Positions 1 to 12,027 are shown, counted from the stretch's first letter. The stretch: DNA of 64,000 nucleotides from an uncultured Acidobacteriota bacterium (GCA_964645975.1 CAZYAF010000005.1:4332-68331); one strand, 5' to 3'. Notes: generated by a model not told the origin, from the sequence alone. Program-made: numbers and translations.

Positions 1-626
1 GTTTTTTAGCTTATGGATATTTTTATATATCTTCATAAAAGTTTCCTGGATAATGTCTTTTGCATCTTCTACTGTTCCCACCAATCTATAGGCTATGCTA
101 AAAAGTTTTTTTTGATAAAGCTCTACTACTTTTTCAAAAGCATCGATGTCACCCTGTACAAGCTTATCTAAAAATGTAATTATACTATTTTGAACTTGTT
201 CGAATTGTTCCATAGAAATCTCTGAAATTATCTCTTCTGTCCTCATCCATTTTTCTTTATCTTTCACTATATATAGACCCCTACTAATATTGAATCGTGC
301 AGAAAAATCTAAACATTTTTTCAGTTGTTAATATTATATAAAAAAAATACAGCCTTTGCGGCTCTATTTATAATATTCCTTGTAATGTGGGGCAAAAATC
401 AAGAGGTGATGCATCCGTCTAATTTTCTTTTCTTACGCATTCCCTGTAGATTTTATTGAACAAATCTTACTGCTTTATCATTAAAGATGAAATATAAAGC
501 TTACGTTTTAATATAATCCAGCAATAATTTTTGTTTGACCTGATTGGTGGCTTACTTTATTATAAAGACTGCACTATGAATTATAATCCTTTGTTTGCGA
601 ACATTAGGATCTCAAGGAGGGGTAAC

Positions 627-1589
627 ATGAAAAAGATTACCATACTATTCTCCATTTTTTTCTTATGCCTGTTACTCAATGAAGGAGTACTGAATCAACA
701 GGAACATCCTGATAATATTGTCGCCACTTTTTCCATTGTTGGCTTCGATCCGGATACCGGGGATTTGGGTATAGCAGTGCAGTCGAAGTTTCTGGCAGTG
801 GGTTCCGTGGTTCCCTGGGCAAAGGCGGGTGTTGGTGCTGTTGCCACCCAGTCGCTGGCTAACACCAGCTATGGTCCCGAAGGACTTAAGCTTCTGGCAG
901 AAGGCCTCAGCGCTGAGGAAGTATTACAAAGACTCGTTTCCAACGATAAAGAGAAAGACCTGAGGCAGGTAGGTATGGTGGATTCAAAAGGTCGCTCAGC
1001 AGCGTTTACCGGGGAGAAGTGCTTTGACTGGGCAGGGCATATGTGCGGTGAGAATTATGCCTGCCAGGGAAACATCCTGGTCAGTAAAGAGACAGTAGAG
1101 GCTATGGCTCGTACCTTTGAAAAGACAGAAGGTGACCTGGCGCACCGCCTGGTGGAGGCTCTGGCAGCAGGACAGGAAGCTGGTGGTGACAAGCGCGGAA
1201 GGCAGTCTGCTGCGCTTCTGGTTGTGCGGGAAAAAGGAGGCTATGGGGGATTTAATGACCGCTATATTGATTTACGAATTGATGATCACCAGACGCCCAT
1301 AAAAGAGCTTAAACGATTGCTCGAGCTCTACCGAGTATATTTCTTTAAAAGCAAAGAGGATGAGTTGAAAAAGATCGATTCCGCCCTTTGCAAGGAACTT
1401 CAGGAGGTGCTCAAACGTTTAAAATATTATGAGGGAGAAGTAAACGGTATTTTCGATGAGCCTACCAAAGAAGCACTGAAGAATTTCCAGTATTGGGAGA
1501 ATTTTGATGAACGAGTAAGGGATGATGAATATATTGATATTAATGTGCTAAAATATATCAGAGAGAAATATGGCAAACCTAAAGAATAA
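627..1589 (+). CDS. DUF1028-family Ntn-hydrolase-like secreted protein with C-terminal putative peptidoglycan-binding region
   Basis: ORF 531..1589 trimmed to ATG 627 preceded by AAGGAGGGG; signal peptide MKKITILFSIFFLCLLL; motif TFSIVGFDPDTGDLGIAVQSKF typical of DUF1028; C-terminal EVNGIFDEPTKEALKNFQ resembles PG-binding repeat. Confidence 0.6.
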   Translation: MKKITILFSIFFLCLLLNEGVLNQQEHPDNIVATFSIVGFDPDTGDLGIAVQSKFLAVGSVVPWAKAGVGAVATQSLANTSYGPEGLKLLAEGLSAEEVLQRLVSNDKEKDLRQVGMVDSKGRSAAFTGEKCFDWAGHMCGENYACQGNILVSKETVEAMARTFEKTEGDLAHRLVEALAAGQEAGGDKRGRQSAALLVVREKGGYGGFNDRYIDLRIDDHQTPIKELKRLLELYRVYFFKSKEDELKKIDSALCKELQEVLKRLKYYEGEVNGIFDEPTKEALKNFQYWENFDERVRDDEYIDINVLKYIREKYGKPKE

Positions 1590-1649
1590 GAATTTGGTGC
1601 CTTTAATGAATCTAATAAAAAGAAAACTATTCACAGCTAAGGAGGTAGT

Positions 1650-2216
1650 ATGTTAGGAAAAGGGTACATCAAAAAAGCCTGGAACATCTACATGGATGAT
1701 TTAGGAAACTTCCTGCTGGCATATATAATTCTTTCCATCATTAACTCCGTTGCTTTTAGCCTGCTCACCGGTCCTGTGATGTGTGGCATGATGTATATGA
1801 CATTAAAAAAGATGCGCGGAGAGAAAATAGAGTTGGCAGATGCTTTCAGAGGATTTGATAATTTCGGTTATACTTTTGTCGCTGGCATAATATATGTAGT
1901 AGTGGTAGCTGTTGGAGCTATGTTCTTAATAATTCCTGCCTTTATTCTCGGAGCTTTATTTATATACATGTTTCCATTTCTTGTAGATAAGAATATGAGA
2001 TTCGAAGAAGCTTTTAGAGCAAGCATCGATCTTGTCAAAAATAATCTGCTGGAACACACCTTATTCTTTTTTGTAGTGAGCGTAATAAGCATTAGCGGTG
2101 TAATCTTATGTGGAATAGGTGTGCTGTTCACCCTACCTCTTTTCTATTTGGCCTTTGCCGTGGCATATTACAAGTTAGTTTACCCCGCTGAAAAAGAGGA
2201 AAAAAAAGCAAACTAA
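1650..2216 (+). CDS. small polytopic membrane protein, tandem paralog A (family not recognised)
   Basis: 188-aa ORF with AGGAGGTAG RBS, about 4 hydrophobic helices; about 75% identical to ORF 2705..3277. Confidence 0.5.
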   Translation: MLGKGYIKKAWNIYMDDLGNFLLAYIILSIINSVAFSLLTGPVMCGMMYMTLKKMRGEKIELADAFRGFDNFGYTFVAGIIYVVVVAVGAMFLIIPAFILGALFIYMFPFLVDKNMRFEEAFRASIDLVKNNLLEHTLFFFVVSVISISGVILCGIGVLFTLPLFYLAFAVAYYKLVYPAEKEEKKAN

Positions 2217-2704
2217 AGCTTGAGGTTCTTAAGCTAAGCATAGATATAAACTTGAGCAGCAAATCAAAAGAAGTTCTAAACTCTCTATTTTAAGAGATAC
2301 CCTCAATCATATAACATATATGTCACTGTATTTTATCTACTAATAAAAATTAGTAATAAATTATGTCTCAACGTAATATTAATCTTTTCTTTTTATGTAT
2401 CGTCTGTTTATTTATATTCTAAAGAGGTAATCCTGACATTCTTTAACAATTCTAAAATTCTTTTTACTTCTTTTTTCCCCTGCTTTCCTTTGAAAAACAG
2501 GCAATAGTATTTTATTAATATAATAAGATAAAGTTCTTTCAATAGTGCGAAGATATTGGTAATAATCTATAGAATAATGACTACATCATTATGAATGTGC
2601 TACAATATATTTGCATAAAATAATGTGCTAAAAAATAAGTGGCATATTTTATTATTCTTTTATAGCTATGAAAAGAGAAAGCTATTCTTTGCAGAGGAGG
2701 TAGA

Positions 2705-3277
2705 ATGTTAGGAAAAGGATATATTAAAAAGGCCTGGAAACTCTATATGGGCGATTTGGCACCTTTTCTATTGGCCTGGATAATTCTCTCAATAATAAAT
2801 GCTGTTGCTTTTGGTATTCTTACCGGTCCTGTTGCCTGCGGAATGATATATATGACCCTGAAGAAATTACGCGGAGAGAAGATTGACATTTCCGATGCTT
2901 TCAAGGGTTTTGAAAACTTCGGTTATATTTTTCTTGCTGGTATTGTCTACAGTATAATAATAGGAGTTGGGTTTATATTTTTAATCATACCAGGATTTAT
3001 TTTAGGTGCTCTTCTCATTTTTATGTTCCCCTTTATAGTAGATAAGAAGATGGACTTCGTAGAGGCTTTTAAAGCAAGCGTTAATCTTGTTAAAGACAAT
3101 TTGTTAGAGCATACCCTCTTCTTTTTTGTCGCCGCTTTAATCGGTGCCAGCGGGATAATTTTCTTATTTATAGGGATATATTTTACTTTACCTTTATTTT
3201 ATATAGCTTATGGGGTTGCCTATTATAATTTGGTGTATCCTGCAGAAAAAGAAGCTGGCAAGCAGATTAAAACCTAA
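2705..3277 (+). CDS. small polytopic membrane protein, tandem paralog B
   Basis: 190-aa ORF with GAGGAGGTAG RBS; same N-terminus MLGKGYIKKAW and conserved LKK-RGEKI-DAF-GF-NFGY block as paralog A. Confidence 0.5.
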   Translation: MLGKGYIKKAWKLYMGDLAPFLLAWIILSIINAVAFGILTGPVACGMIYMTLKKLRGEKIDISDAFKGFENFGYIFLAGIVYSIIIGVGFIFLIIPGFILGALLIFMFPFIVDKKMDFVEAFKASVNLVKDNLLEHTLFFFVAALIGASGIIFLFIGIYFTLPLFYIAYGVAYYNLVYPAEKEAGKQIKT

Positions 3278-3437
3278 CTATTTTTAATCATACCCTTGCA
3301 ATTGACCATGATCTGATAAGTGCGGTTATATCTATATGAGGAGATTGAATAAAGAAATTTAAATAGGTGGGAAAAGGTACGGTAATATTTTCCAAATAAA
3401 ATTAATTGATCCGATAAAGTAAATAGGTACAAATGAG

Positions 3438-3995
3438 CTAAATTTGTAGAATTTCTTCTCTCTTTTTATTCATAGCTTCATCTATCTTCTCAATATAAGA
3501 ATCAGTTGTTTCTTGAATATTGTCATAAGCACGGTGCTCATCATCCTGAGATATCTCCTTGTCTTTCTCCAGCTTCTTTACCTTGTCATTACCCAACCTC
3601 CTGATTTGGCGGATAGCTGTTTTACACTCTTCGGCTATTCTTCCGACTAAACGTGCCATCTCCTGACGTCTTTCTTCAGTAAGAGGAGGTATGGGAATCC
3701 TTATGATTTTTCCATCATTCATAGGATTAAATCCTCTGTCTGATTTCAAAATAGCTTTTTCAATATCGCCAATGATAGAAGCGTCATACGGTTGTATTAT
3801 CAACATGCTGGTCTCAGGAGCCATTAAATTAGCCAATTGATTTAAAGGCGTATCGGTATCGAAGTAAGAAACCGTTATCCCGTCAAGTAAGCTAATAGTC
3901 GCTCTACCTGTCCGAATGGTTCTCAGTTCCCTGAAGAAACTTCCTAAGGTAAATTCCATCTTTTTTTCGATTTCAGAATATATTTCCTCCAACAT
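3438..3995 (-). CDS. frr: ribosome recycling factor
   Basis: 185 aa, full-length RRF-like sequence, position directly downstream of pyrH as in the conserved rpsB-tsf-pyrH-frr cluster. Confidence 0.9.
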   Translation of the reverse strand: MLEEIYSEIEKKMEFTLGSFFRELRTIRTGRATISLLDGITVSYFDTDTPLNQLANLMAPETSMLIIQPYDASIIGDIEKAILKSDRGFNPMNDGKIIRIPIPPLTEERRQEMARLVGRIAEECKTAIRQIRRLGNDKVKKLEKDKEISQDDEHRAYDNIQETTDSYIEKIDEAMNKKREEILQI

Positions 3996-3999
3996 AATC

Positions 4000-4734
<735 letters not shown>

Positions 4735-4779
4735 TTATGAATAAGGATAAAAGCTAAATATCTGGGGAAAAGATAGCTA

Positions 4780-5388
4780 TTATTTAGCCTTTGTGTCTTC
4801 GCCAAGCTTAAATCTTACAAACCTACCGATGGCAATCTTTTCGCCCATCTTTGCAATATTGGAGGAAATGAGCTCTTCTATAGTTATGGATTGATCTTTA
4901 ACAAATGGCTGCTCAAAAAGACAAACTTCGGAATAGAATTTCTCCATTTTGCCGTCAACAATCTTTTCAGTCACTTGCGGGGGCTTATTAGAGTTTTGCA
5001 GTTGACACCGATAAATTTCGCGTTCTTGCTGGATAACATCTTCTGGAATTTCTTCCCGCTTCATATATTTAGGATCAGTTGCAGCAATATGCATGGCGAT
5101 ATCCTTGACTAATTGCTTAAAATCTTCATTACGAGCAACAAAATCTGTCTCGCAATTGACTTCAACTAAAACTCCAATCTTCCCTCCAATATGCACATAA
5201 GAACCTACTAGACCTTCTTTGGCAATCCTGCTTGCTTTTTCTTCTGCTTTTGCTAATCCCTTTTTGCGCAAAATTTTTACTGCTTCCTCAATATCACCCT
5301 TCGCTTCAATGAGGGCAGATTTACAATCCATTATTCCAATACCGGTTTTCTCTCTTAAAGTTTTAACCAAGGAGGCTGGTATTTCCAT
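4780..5388 (-). CDS. tsf: elongation factor Ts (short form)
   Basis: 202 aa; N-terminal UBA-like [20 protein letters not shown] and [14 protein letters not shown] motif of EF-Ts; downstream of rpsB. Confidence 0.85.
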   Translation of the reverse strand: MEIPASLVKTLREKTGIGIMDCKSALIEAKGDIEEAVKILRKKGLAKAEEKASRIAKEGLVGSYVHIGGKIGVLVEVNCETDFVARNEDFKQLVKDIAMHIAATDPKYMKREEIPEDVIQQEREIYRCQLQNSNKPPQVTEKIVDGKMEKFYSEVCLFEQPFVKDQSITIEELISSNIAKMGEKIAIGRFVRFKLGEDTKAK

Positions 5389-5557
5389 AGTAAATCGTCC
5401 TTCAATAACCTATTCTTTGAATAAAAATATAGTAATAAACGGTATGCTTACCCTATCCTTTAGCTTTCTGTATCCTTTGTTTAATTTCACTTTATTGTAA
5501 AATTATCTTCTTATAGAATACTATAGCTGAATTCATCTTCCCCTTTCAGAGAAAGGT

Positions 5558-6562
5558 TTATTTCTTTTTCTCCACATTTTTAGTCTCTTTTCCCGACTCA
5601 GCTCTTCTCATCTCGTGCGCTCCTGAAGGTTTATTTGAGCGAGGGATTGGTCTCTTTTTCTTTCCTGTTTCTCGACCAGTTCTGGTAAATTCCTTTTTTG
5701 TAGTTTCCTTTCGTCTTCTATTATCTCTTTCTCTCCTAGCTTTAAAAGTACTTTCTCTCTTTTTAGTTGCAGCTTTTTTAGTCTCTGTTTTCTTTCCTAT
5801 TTTGGATGCTTCTTTTCGTTGTTCTTGTAATTTTCTATCAGCTTCTCTAACGAGCCAAGCCTCTTCTTCTTTTTTCTTTAAAATTTCCTTTCCCGCTAAA
5901 GTGGCATCAGCAATTTTAGAAGCGAATAACCTGATAGATCTTATAGCATCATCGTTGCCTGGTATCAAATAGTCTATGCCATCTGGATCGCAGTTTGTAT
6001 CTACTATTCCTATAACAGGTATATCTAATCGCCTGGCCTCATTAAAAGCAATGCGTTCCTTCTTTATATCAACTATAAAGAGCGCATCAGGAGTTTTATT
6101 CATCTCTTTCACACCGCTCAAGAGTTTTTCCAACTTCATTCTTTCTCGCTCAAGTTTTATGACTTCTTTCTTTGGAAGTTTCTCATAAGTACCATCCTGG
6201 CTCATATTCTCTAAGTCTTTTAGGCGCTGGATGTTTCGCTGGATAGTGACAAAATTGGTTAAAAGACCTCCGAGCCAACGTTGATTTACATAGAACATAT
6301 TACATCGTGTACTTTCTTCAAAGATAACCTCTTGTGCTTGTCTCTTGGTTCCGACAAATAGGATTACCTTCCCTTCGCCGGTAATTTGTTTAGCAAACTC
6401 TAAAGCTTTTCGAAAAAGCTTGAGCGTAATCTGCAAATCTATAAGATGAATACCATTTTTTTGACCAAAAATGTATGGATTCATCTTTGGGTTCCAGCGT
6501 TTGGTCTGATGACCAAAATGCACCCCTGCTTCAAACAACTCTTTAATGGTGACTTCTACCAA
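5558..6562 (-). CDS. rpsB: 30S ribosomal protein S2 with lysine/arginine-rich C-terminal extension
   Basis: N-terminal [19 protein letters not shown] is canonical S2; C-terminal about 90 aa are a basic low-complexity tail. Confidence 0.9.
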   Translation of the reverse strand: MVEVTIKELFEAGVHFGHQTKRWNPKMNPYIFGQKNGIHLIDLQITLKLFRKALEFAKQITGEGKVILFVGTKRQAQEVIFEESTRCNMFYVNQRWLGGLLTNFVTIQRNIQRLKDLENMSQDGTYEKLPKKEVIKLERERMKLEKLLSGVKEMNKTPDALFIVDIKKERIAFNEARRLDIPVIGIVDTNCDPDGIDYLIPGNDDAIRSIRLFASKIADATLAGKEILKKKEEEAWLVREADRKLQEQRKEASKIGKKTETKKAATKKRESTFKARRERDNRRRKETTKKEFTRTGRETGKKKRPIPRSNKPSGAHEMRRAESGKETKNVEKKK

Positions 6563-6656
6563 TAAAGCCTCCTCTTCAGTTTAGTTATATAAACAAAATA
6601 TTCCGTTTGGGAAATTTCATAAAATCTCTCTAAGAGATAATGATAACTATGTTAAA

Positions 6657-7049
6657 TTATCTCTTGGAGAACTGGAAGCGAGCGCGAGCTCCGCGCTGTC
6701 CATATTTCTTTCGTTCTTTTACTCGAGCATCACGAGTAAGCAGGCCGCTTTTCTTCAATTTTTCTCTCAGTTCGCGATTGTAGTCTACAAGTGCTCTGCC
6801 AATGCCATGGCGAATAGCGCCTGCCTGTCCGGAAAGGCCTCCTCCTCTTACGGTAACATAAATATCAAATTTATCGATACACTCTGTAATTTGTAGAGGT
6901 TGTTTTATCAATACCTGGTGAGTTAAATTAGGAAAAAAATCCTCGATTCCCCGTTTATTTACAAGAATTTTTCCCTTACCAGGTCTTAAAAATACTCTTG
7001 CGCTCGAAGCTTTTCTCTTTCCCGTAGCGTAATATTGAATAGAAGACAA
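6657..7049 (-). CDS. rpsI: 30S ribosomal protein S9
   Basis: 130 aa; [15 protein letters not shown]-terminus and C-terminal RARFQFSKR are canonical S9. Confidence 0.9.
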   Translation of the reverse strand: MSSIQYYATGKRKASSARVFLRPGKGKILVNKRGIEDFFPNLTHQVLIKQPLQITECIDKFDIYVTVRGGGLSGQAGAIRHGIGRALVDYNRELREKLKKSGLLTRDARVKERKKYGQRGARARFQFSKR

Positions 7050-7072
7050 TGTTTTAGTCTCCTGGATGAAAA

Positions 7073-7528
7073 TTATTTGTCAAATTGTTTCAATCCCTCT
7101 AAGGGATATGGTTCTGGTTTTTGCGCTTCATGAGGATGTTCGGAGTCCGCATATACCTTCATTTTTTTGAACATAGCTCTTCCCAATTTAGTATGCGGGA
7201 GCATTCCCTTAACAGCTTTCTCAATAATTCTTTCGGGAAATTTACCTAATAGATCAACCGCTTTTACTTCCTTAAGGCCACCCATATATCCTGTGTGATG
7301 CCGATACAATTTACCATTGAGTTTCTTTCCCGTAAGAATTACCTTACGCGCATTAATAACCACCACATGGTCTCCCATATCCATAAAAGGTGTATATGTA
7401 GGCTTGTTTTTACCTGTAAGTATTTCGGCTATTAAAGTAGCCAATCTCCCCAGGATTTGCCCATCAGCGTCAATCAGATACCATTTACGTTGAATTTCAC
7501 TTTTCTTAGGAAAAAATGTTTTAATCAT
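7073..7528 (-). CDS. rplM: 50S ribosomal protein L13
   Basis: L13-like sequence ([17 protein letters not shown]); start moved to internal ATG at 7528 (MIKTFFPKK) because the 21-aa upstream extension of ORF 7073..7591 has no homology. Confidence 0.85.
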   Translation of the reverse strand: MIKTFFPKKSEIQRKWYLIDADGQILGRLATLIAEILTGKNKPTYTPFMDMGDHVVVINARKVILTGKKLNGKLYRHHTGYMGGLKEVKAVDLLGKFPERIIEKAVKGMLPHTKLGRAMFKKMKVYADSEHPHEAQKPEPYPLEGLKQFDK

Positions 7529-7645
7529 TTCTCTTCTTCCAGAACAATTTTTCGAAATTATAAATTTACTATAAGTTTCAAGTGTTGTCAAGGAAAATAA
7601 AAACTATGTTAAGGTTACGTGTTGGTGTTTCTTTGTTTAATTTAT

Positions 7646-8386
7646 TTATTTAATTACCGGGGATGCTTCGCTGTCAAATGGATTCGTTCTCACAGCAAGA
7701 GAAAACAGGTACGGATAATTATCCTTCAAATGTTCCATATATTCTATCCATTGAGCAACAAGAAGTCTGTAAGCCCTCCTTATATCACCAGACAGATGAT
7801 CATAGTCTTTATCTGGTAACTGTTGGACATCATCTCGATGAACTAATTCTTCTGTCAAATGAAATACTGCCCAAAGAAGCTGGGTAAATGACTCATGCTC
7901 CAGCAAGTTGGGGTTCTGCAACAATCCAAGCAGAAAATCTCTTTTTAACAATAGAAAACTGGAGAGATTCTTCAACTCCCCTTTTTTGATTTCAATTTTA
8001 TAATCATAGCTTTTTAAGCGATGACTAATTTGCAAGAATTCCTCCTCTGTCCATTGGGTAGTCGGAATCAGGTCTTGACCGATTGTATGAGTGTATGGAT
8101 CAAAAGCTGAAAAGAAACTCATAAGCTTTGTTCCAACTTCACTAAAAAAAGCTCCTATAACCATATTGAGCTTATTGAGCATAGCCCGTTTTTCTCTAAT
8201 GTTTAATAAACGATGTATAATAATGGTAACCAGCAATACCTCTATAGGTACAAAGGCTATATCTCCCACCAAATATATAAAAATATGATGAGCATCTTCA
8301 AATATCAGATAGTGGAAGAAATAGAAAAGTATTGAAGAACCAATTAAAACACAACCTAAAATAATTTGCCATTTATATTTTCTCAT
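7646..8386 (-). CDS. hypothetical membrane protein (2 N-terminal TM helices)
   Basis: 246-aa ORF; hydrophobic segments ILGCVLIGSSILFYFF and IAFVPIEVLLVTIIIH; no recognised domain. Confidence 0.4.
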   Translation of the reverse strand: MRKYKWQIILGCVLIGSSILFYFFHYLIFEDAHHIFIYLVGDIAFVPIEVLLVTIIIHRLLNIREKRAMLNKLNMVIGAFFSEVGTKLMSFFSAFDPYTHTIGQDLIPTTQWTEEEFLQISHRLKSYDYKIEIKKGELKNLSSFLLLKRDFLLGLLQNPNLLEHESFTQLLWAVFHLTEELVHRDDVQQLPDKDYDHLSGDIRRAYRLLVAQWIEYMEHLKDNYPYLFSLAVRTNPFDSEASPVIK

Positions 8387-8576
8387 AGTGAAAAAACCTC
8401 TTTATTTTTTGCTCTGTTATAATGTTAGTAATCTTGTGATTTAAAAATTATTATACCAGAATAAGTTCTGTAATTAAGAAATAATATTAGTAGGTAAAAT
8501 AAGATTTTTGAGAAACCAAGAAAATTTTATGAGGAATAATCTCTTTTTTCGCAGATTGGATAATAGAGCTAAATAT

Positions 8577-9773
8577 TTAATCTCCAAAATAGTTGCCGAA
8601 GATGCTTAGCAATACTGTAGATAGTAAGCTAATGATGCTGCCGAATATAAAGGTTGCTTGTGGAGCAAGGCTCTGCCATAGAGCTCCTGCAATTAATCCT
8701 GCTGGCAAGCTAACTAAGCCAATTATTGTATGGAAGCTTCCCAGAGCAATACCTTTCAGGTTTTCTGGTGATAAATCGGATACAAAAGCTCGCTGGTTGC
8801 CCTCAAGTATTGCATGGACAATTCCATAAAGTGCAAAGAGAAGAAGGAAAATTGGCAACGAATAGAAAAAAACAAAACCAAGGCAGGTAAGAGAGAAAAG
8901 GAAATAGCCGAGAAGAATTACCTTTTTCCTTCCTATTTTATCTGCCAGGATACCAAAGGGTATGGAAAAGATAGTATAGAAAATATTAAATAAGATATAT
9001 AAGAGGATTGGAATACCGATTGATAATTTCCCGGTAAAATAATCTTTGACTCTAAGAATAAAAAACATATAGCTGAAGTTGCTTAGAGCAAATAAGCTGG
9101 AAATAAAAATAAAGAGTTTTAGAGGCTTAGATAATTTCCTGAGACCAATTCTTAAAGTTATTTCCTGTGGCTTTCTTCTTTCATCCTTTACAAAATAGAG
9201 AGGAATGAGAGAAAAAGAAGCAACCAGGGCAGCTAAAAAAATGATTGTTTTAAAAGAAAAAGAAAAGGACCAAAAAAGCAGGAATACTATTATTGATCCC
9301 AAAATGGCACCAAGTGAATCCAGAGCCCTATGAATGCCGAAACCTTTGCCCTTCTCTTCGGGCATAGAATCTGCAATAATAGCATCCCTGGGTGCAGTCC
9401 TGATGCCTTTACCAATTCGTTCCAGCCCCGCAAAAAGTAGAATATGCTGCCATATTTGAGAAAAAGCCAAAAAAAACCTGGTTATGGGAGAAGAGAGATA
9501 ACCGTAAAAAAGTAATATTTTTCTTTTCCCTATTTTATCTGACCAATAACCACCCAATACCTTTAGCAAGCTTGCAACGCTATCTCGAACTCCACCAATT
9601 AAGCCCACCCATATGCTGGTGCCTCCTAAAGCGGTTATAAACATAGGCAAAATGGGCATTATCATTTCACTGCTAACATCGTTTATAAAGCTAATAATAC
9701 CAAGTAACAGAACATTAGCACTGATTCCTTTTAGATGTTTGTTTTTCATACTAATTGGTACCTTATTATTCAA
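8577..9773 (-). CDS. MFS-family transporter
   Basis: 398 aa, about 12 predicted TM helices, MFS-like loop motif GYWSDKIGKRK between TM2 and TM3. Confidence 0.7.
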   Translation of the reverse strand: MNNKVPISMKNKHLKGISANVLLLGIISFINDVSSEMIMPILPMFITALGGTSIWVGLIGGVRDSVASLLKVLGGYWSDKIGKRKILLFYGYLSSPITRFFLAFSQIWQHILLFAGLERIGKGIRTAPRDAIIADSMPEEKGKGFGIHRALDSLGAILGSIIVFLLFWSFSFSFKTIIFLAALVASFSLIPLYFVKDERRKPQEITLRIGLRKLSKPLKLFIFISSLFALSNFSYMFFILRVKDYFTGKLSIGIPILLYILFNIFYTIFSIPFGILADKIGRKKVILLGYFLFSLTCLGFVFFYSLPIFLLLFALYGIVHAILEGNQRAFVSDLSPENLKGIALGSFHTIIGLVSLPAGLIAGALWQSLAPQATFIFGSIISLLSTVLLSIFGNYFGD

Positions 9774-10532
9774 TTATTACCTTTTTATCCCGCAGGCGAA
9801 TATAAGCATATAAACATAGATTTACTATTCCTAAAAATTATGAAACCTGCAAATCCGGTAGCGCATGTCATTAAGCCATTACCCTCTATTAATTACCACT
9901 ATTGAGAGCCCTTAGTTACATTTGAGGATTCATTCGTTACAGCTAAAGCTACAATATACTTTGCTTTAATAGGAATATATCTAAAAGAGGTGACAGGATT
10001 TAGTAAAATGATATGATCGTAAAGACAGTTGGAATAGGATGTTAGGGATAATTATGTCTCAGCAAAATTAGCGGCACATGCCATCTCCTCCATATAAATC
10101 CAATGATAAATGAGGATTGCCAGAAACCTAAATAACTCAATTCTTTTAGTAGTAAACCTGGCCAACTAAATCCCTCGCCCAAACTGACCACAACAGCTAT
10201 GATTATTCCTGCTATAAGCCCTTGAAACAAGGCATAGCAAAAAGGATAAAATGGAAAAGCTGCGGTTTATTTTTCCATCTGCTGTATTTGCTATGACGAG
10301 CTGTTTGACAGCTCCTGATACCGTTTATATTATAACTCTCTAATATACTAATTTAAATCAATAAAAAAAGGAGCCCCCTCTAAATTAATGTTGTAGAAAG
10401 AGTTCCTAAAGTTTTCAGTCTTTTAGTAAGGTTATATTAAACTGCAAAATAATTTGATAATGGTGCTGATTTTAAATATTAACGACCTCCTGAATAGCAC
10501 TTTAATAGAAAAACCTATATTTTGCTGCTAAA

Positions 10533-11519
10533 TCATTCAAATGATTTATCAAACACAGTAACATTAGCTAAAATTTCATTTTGAAAAAAATGATTTAGTA
10601 CTTCTTCTCTTGGTGTCAAATCAACGGATCGATCCCAGAATTCCTGTAATGCTATTAAAGATGCTAAAAGAAAGTAGGTTTTACCGTTATTATTCCAAAG
10701 CACAGCTTTAAAAAGATAGGGTCTTTTGGCTTCTTTATCTCCCCTCTGGAGATAATATGTAAATGAGCCTTCACCAATTATAAAATCATCCTGTGACTCA
10801 ATTTTCTCTATCTCCATGTCAGTTATTGTCCAGGTTGTTCCACTTTTTGCTTTAAAAGAGTTCCCTTCAAAAAGCTGGCTATACATCCTAAACAAGTCTT
10901 CAGTTACTTCATTTTGCTGGTTATCCCACAGGAGTTCAACATATTTTTCTGAATCTGTTAATAGTATCCAGAGGGAACCATTATCTTCGGTCATACCATC
11001 AGGAAACCACTCAGGATCGTTAAATTCACTTGTTCGCCAGTTTTCAGGGACATAAAAGGAGAGATTGTATTCTTCAGAAACATATCTTTTTTGTAATTGT
11101 GGAAAATTTTGCATTTTTGCATCAGGATGACAGCTAATAGTTAATGTAATATCTTTTTGCAATTCTAACAGCTCTATCGGTGTTCCTCTACCAGTATTTA
11201 TATTACGATCTGCAATAAACTGGCGTTTGCTCTCCGGGCAATTCCATACAATAAATCTACTGCGGACATTCCCCTCATAAATAGTTCCGTCAATATAAAA
11301 GGCCCTATGGCCTGCAATCTCAATCAATCCGCCCCTATCACTAAGTGTAAAGGGCATATTGAATCCCCAAAATGAGAGCATTAACTTGCACACATAATCC
11401 ATGGTAAGATTCTCTTTTTCCTTCGTCAACGGACGCCAATAAACAAAATACATTAACCATTTATCCTGATATAGCTTGATTTGACCTCCCTCTGGAGAGC
11501 TTTGCTCCGAGATAAACAT
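10533..11519 (-). CDS. hypothetical protein; probable disrupted secreted protein (in-frame TAA separates it from an upstream signal peptide)
   Basis: 328-aa ORF; in the same frame upstream, ATG at 11648 encodes MKKLIVLIAVLCIGFTLLFSSDIFQK then TAA (11568..11570) then continues into this ORF. Confidence 0.45.
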   Translation of the reverse strand: MFISEQSSPEGGQIKLYQDKWLMYFVYWRPLTKEKENLTMDYVCKLMLSFWGFNMPFTLSDRGGLIEIAGHRAFYIDGTIYEGNVRSRFIVWNCPESKRQFIADRNINTGRGTPIELLELQKDITLTISCHPDAKMQNFPQLQKRYVSEEYNLSFYVPENWRTSEFNDPEWFPDGMTEDNGSLWILLTDSEKYVELLWDNQQNEVTEDLFRMYSQLFEGNSFKAKSGTTWTITDMEIEKIESQDDFIIGEGSFTYYLQRGDKEAKRPYLFKAVLWNNNGKTYFLLASLIALQEFWDRSVDLTPREEVLNHFFQNEILANVTVFDKSFE

Positions 11520-12027
11520 CCAATCATCTCCGTTGCCTCGAAGTGCCTCAATATCGATAAGTTGGTTTTATTTCTGAAAAATGTCGCTGGAGAATAATAA
11601 AGTGAATCCAATACACAGAACAGCTATTAATACTATGAGTTTTTTCATTATTTCAACCTCTCTCTAAATATAACTCAACCAATAGTTTATCAATAAATGT
11701 TATTTTTTAGAGAAGAATATTTTGAGGACATTATTATTTTACCATATTATGTTCTTATCTGTCTGCTCTTTTTAGCTTAAATGAAGATTGGACCTAATAT
11801 GTAAAAGGATAAATTTAAAGAACAGTATGAATATGATGGAGCAAAGAGAAAAAAGGGTATAATACTGAAGATAAAATATTAGCGCAAAAAAATAACATTA
11901 AATAGAAAATGAAATAACAGATTTTTTAAGTGTTTAAAATCGTATTACGGGCACTTACCAATAAGGGTGCAAATTTTTAAACGTTATTTATATCATTTAA
12001 TCCTCTACTCTTAATCAAAAGAATTTA

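Noticed and set aside
1117-1302. 61-aa plus-strand ORF nested in the DUF1028 gene in another frame
   Set aside because: Entirely internal to a well-supported CDS; Arg/Trp-rich out-of-frame translation of GC-rich coding sequence.
5542-5573. Hairpin CCTTTC-AGA-GAAAGG at the 3' end of rpsB as a terminator
   Set aside because: On the rpsB coding strand the hairpin is not followed by a U-tract (the T-run is on the opposite strand) and rpsB-tsf are normally co-transcribed; likely incidental.
5558-5830. Lys/Arg-rich C-terminal tail of rpsB as a separate fused gene
   Set aside because: Continuous reading frame with S2 and no internal start or RBS; basic C-terminal extensions of ribosomal proteins occur in some lineages.
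7529-7591. 21-codon N-terminal extension of rplM
   Set aside because: L13 homology begins at MIKTFFPKK (ATG 7528); the extension has no support.
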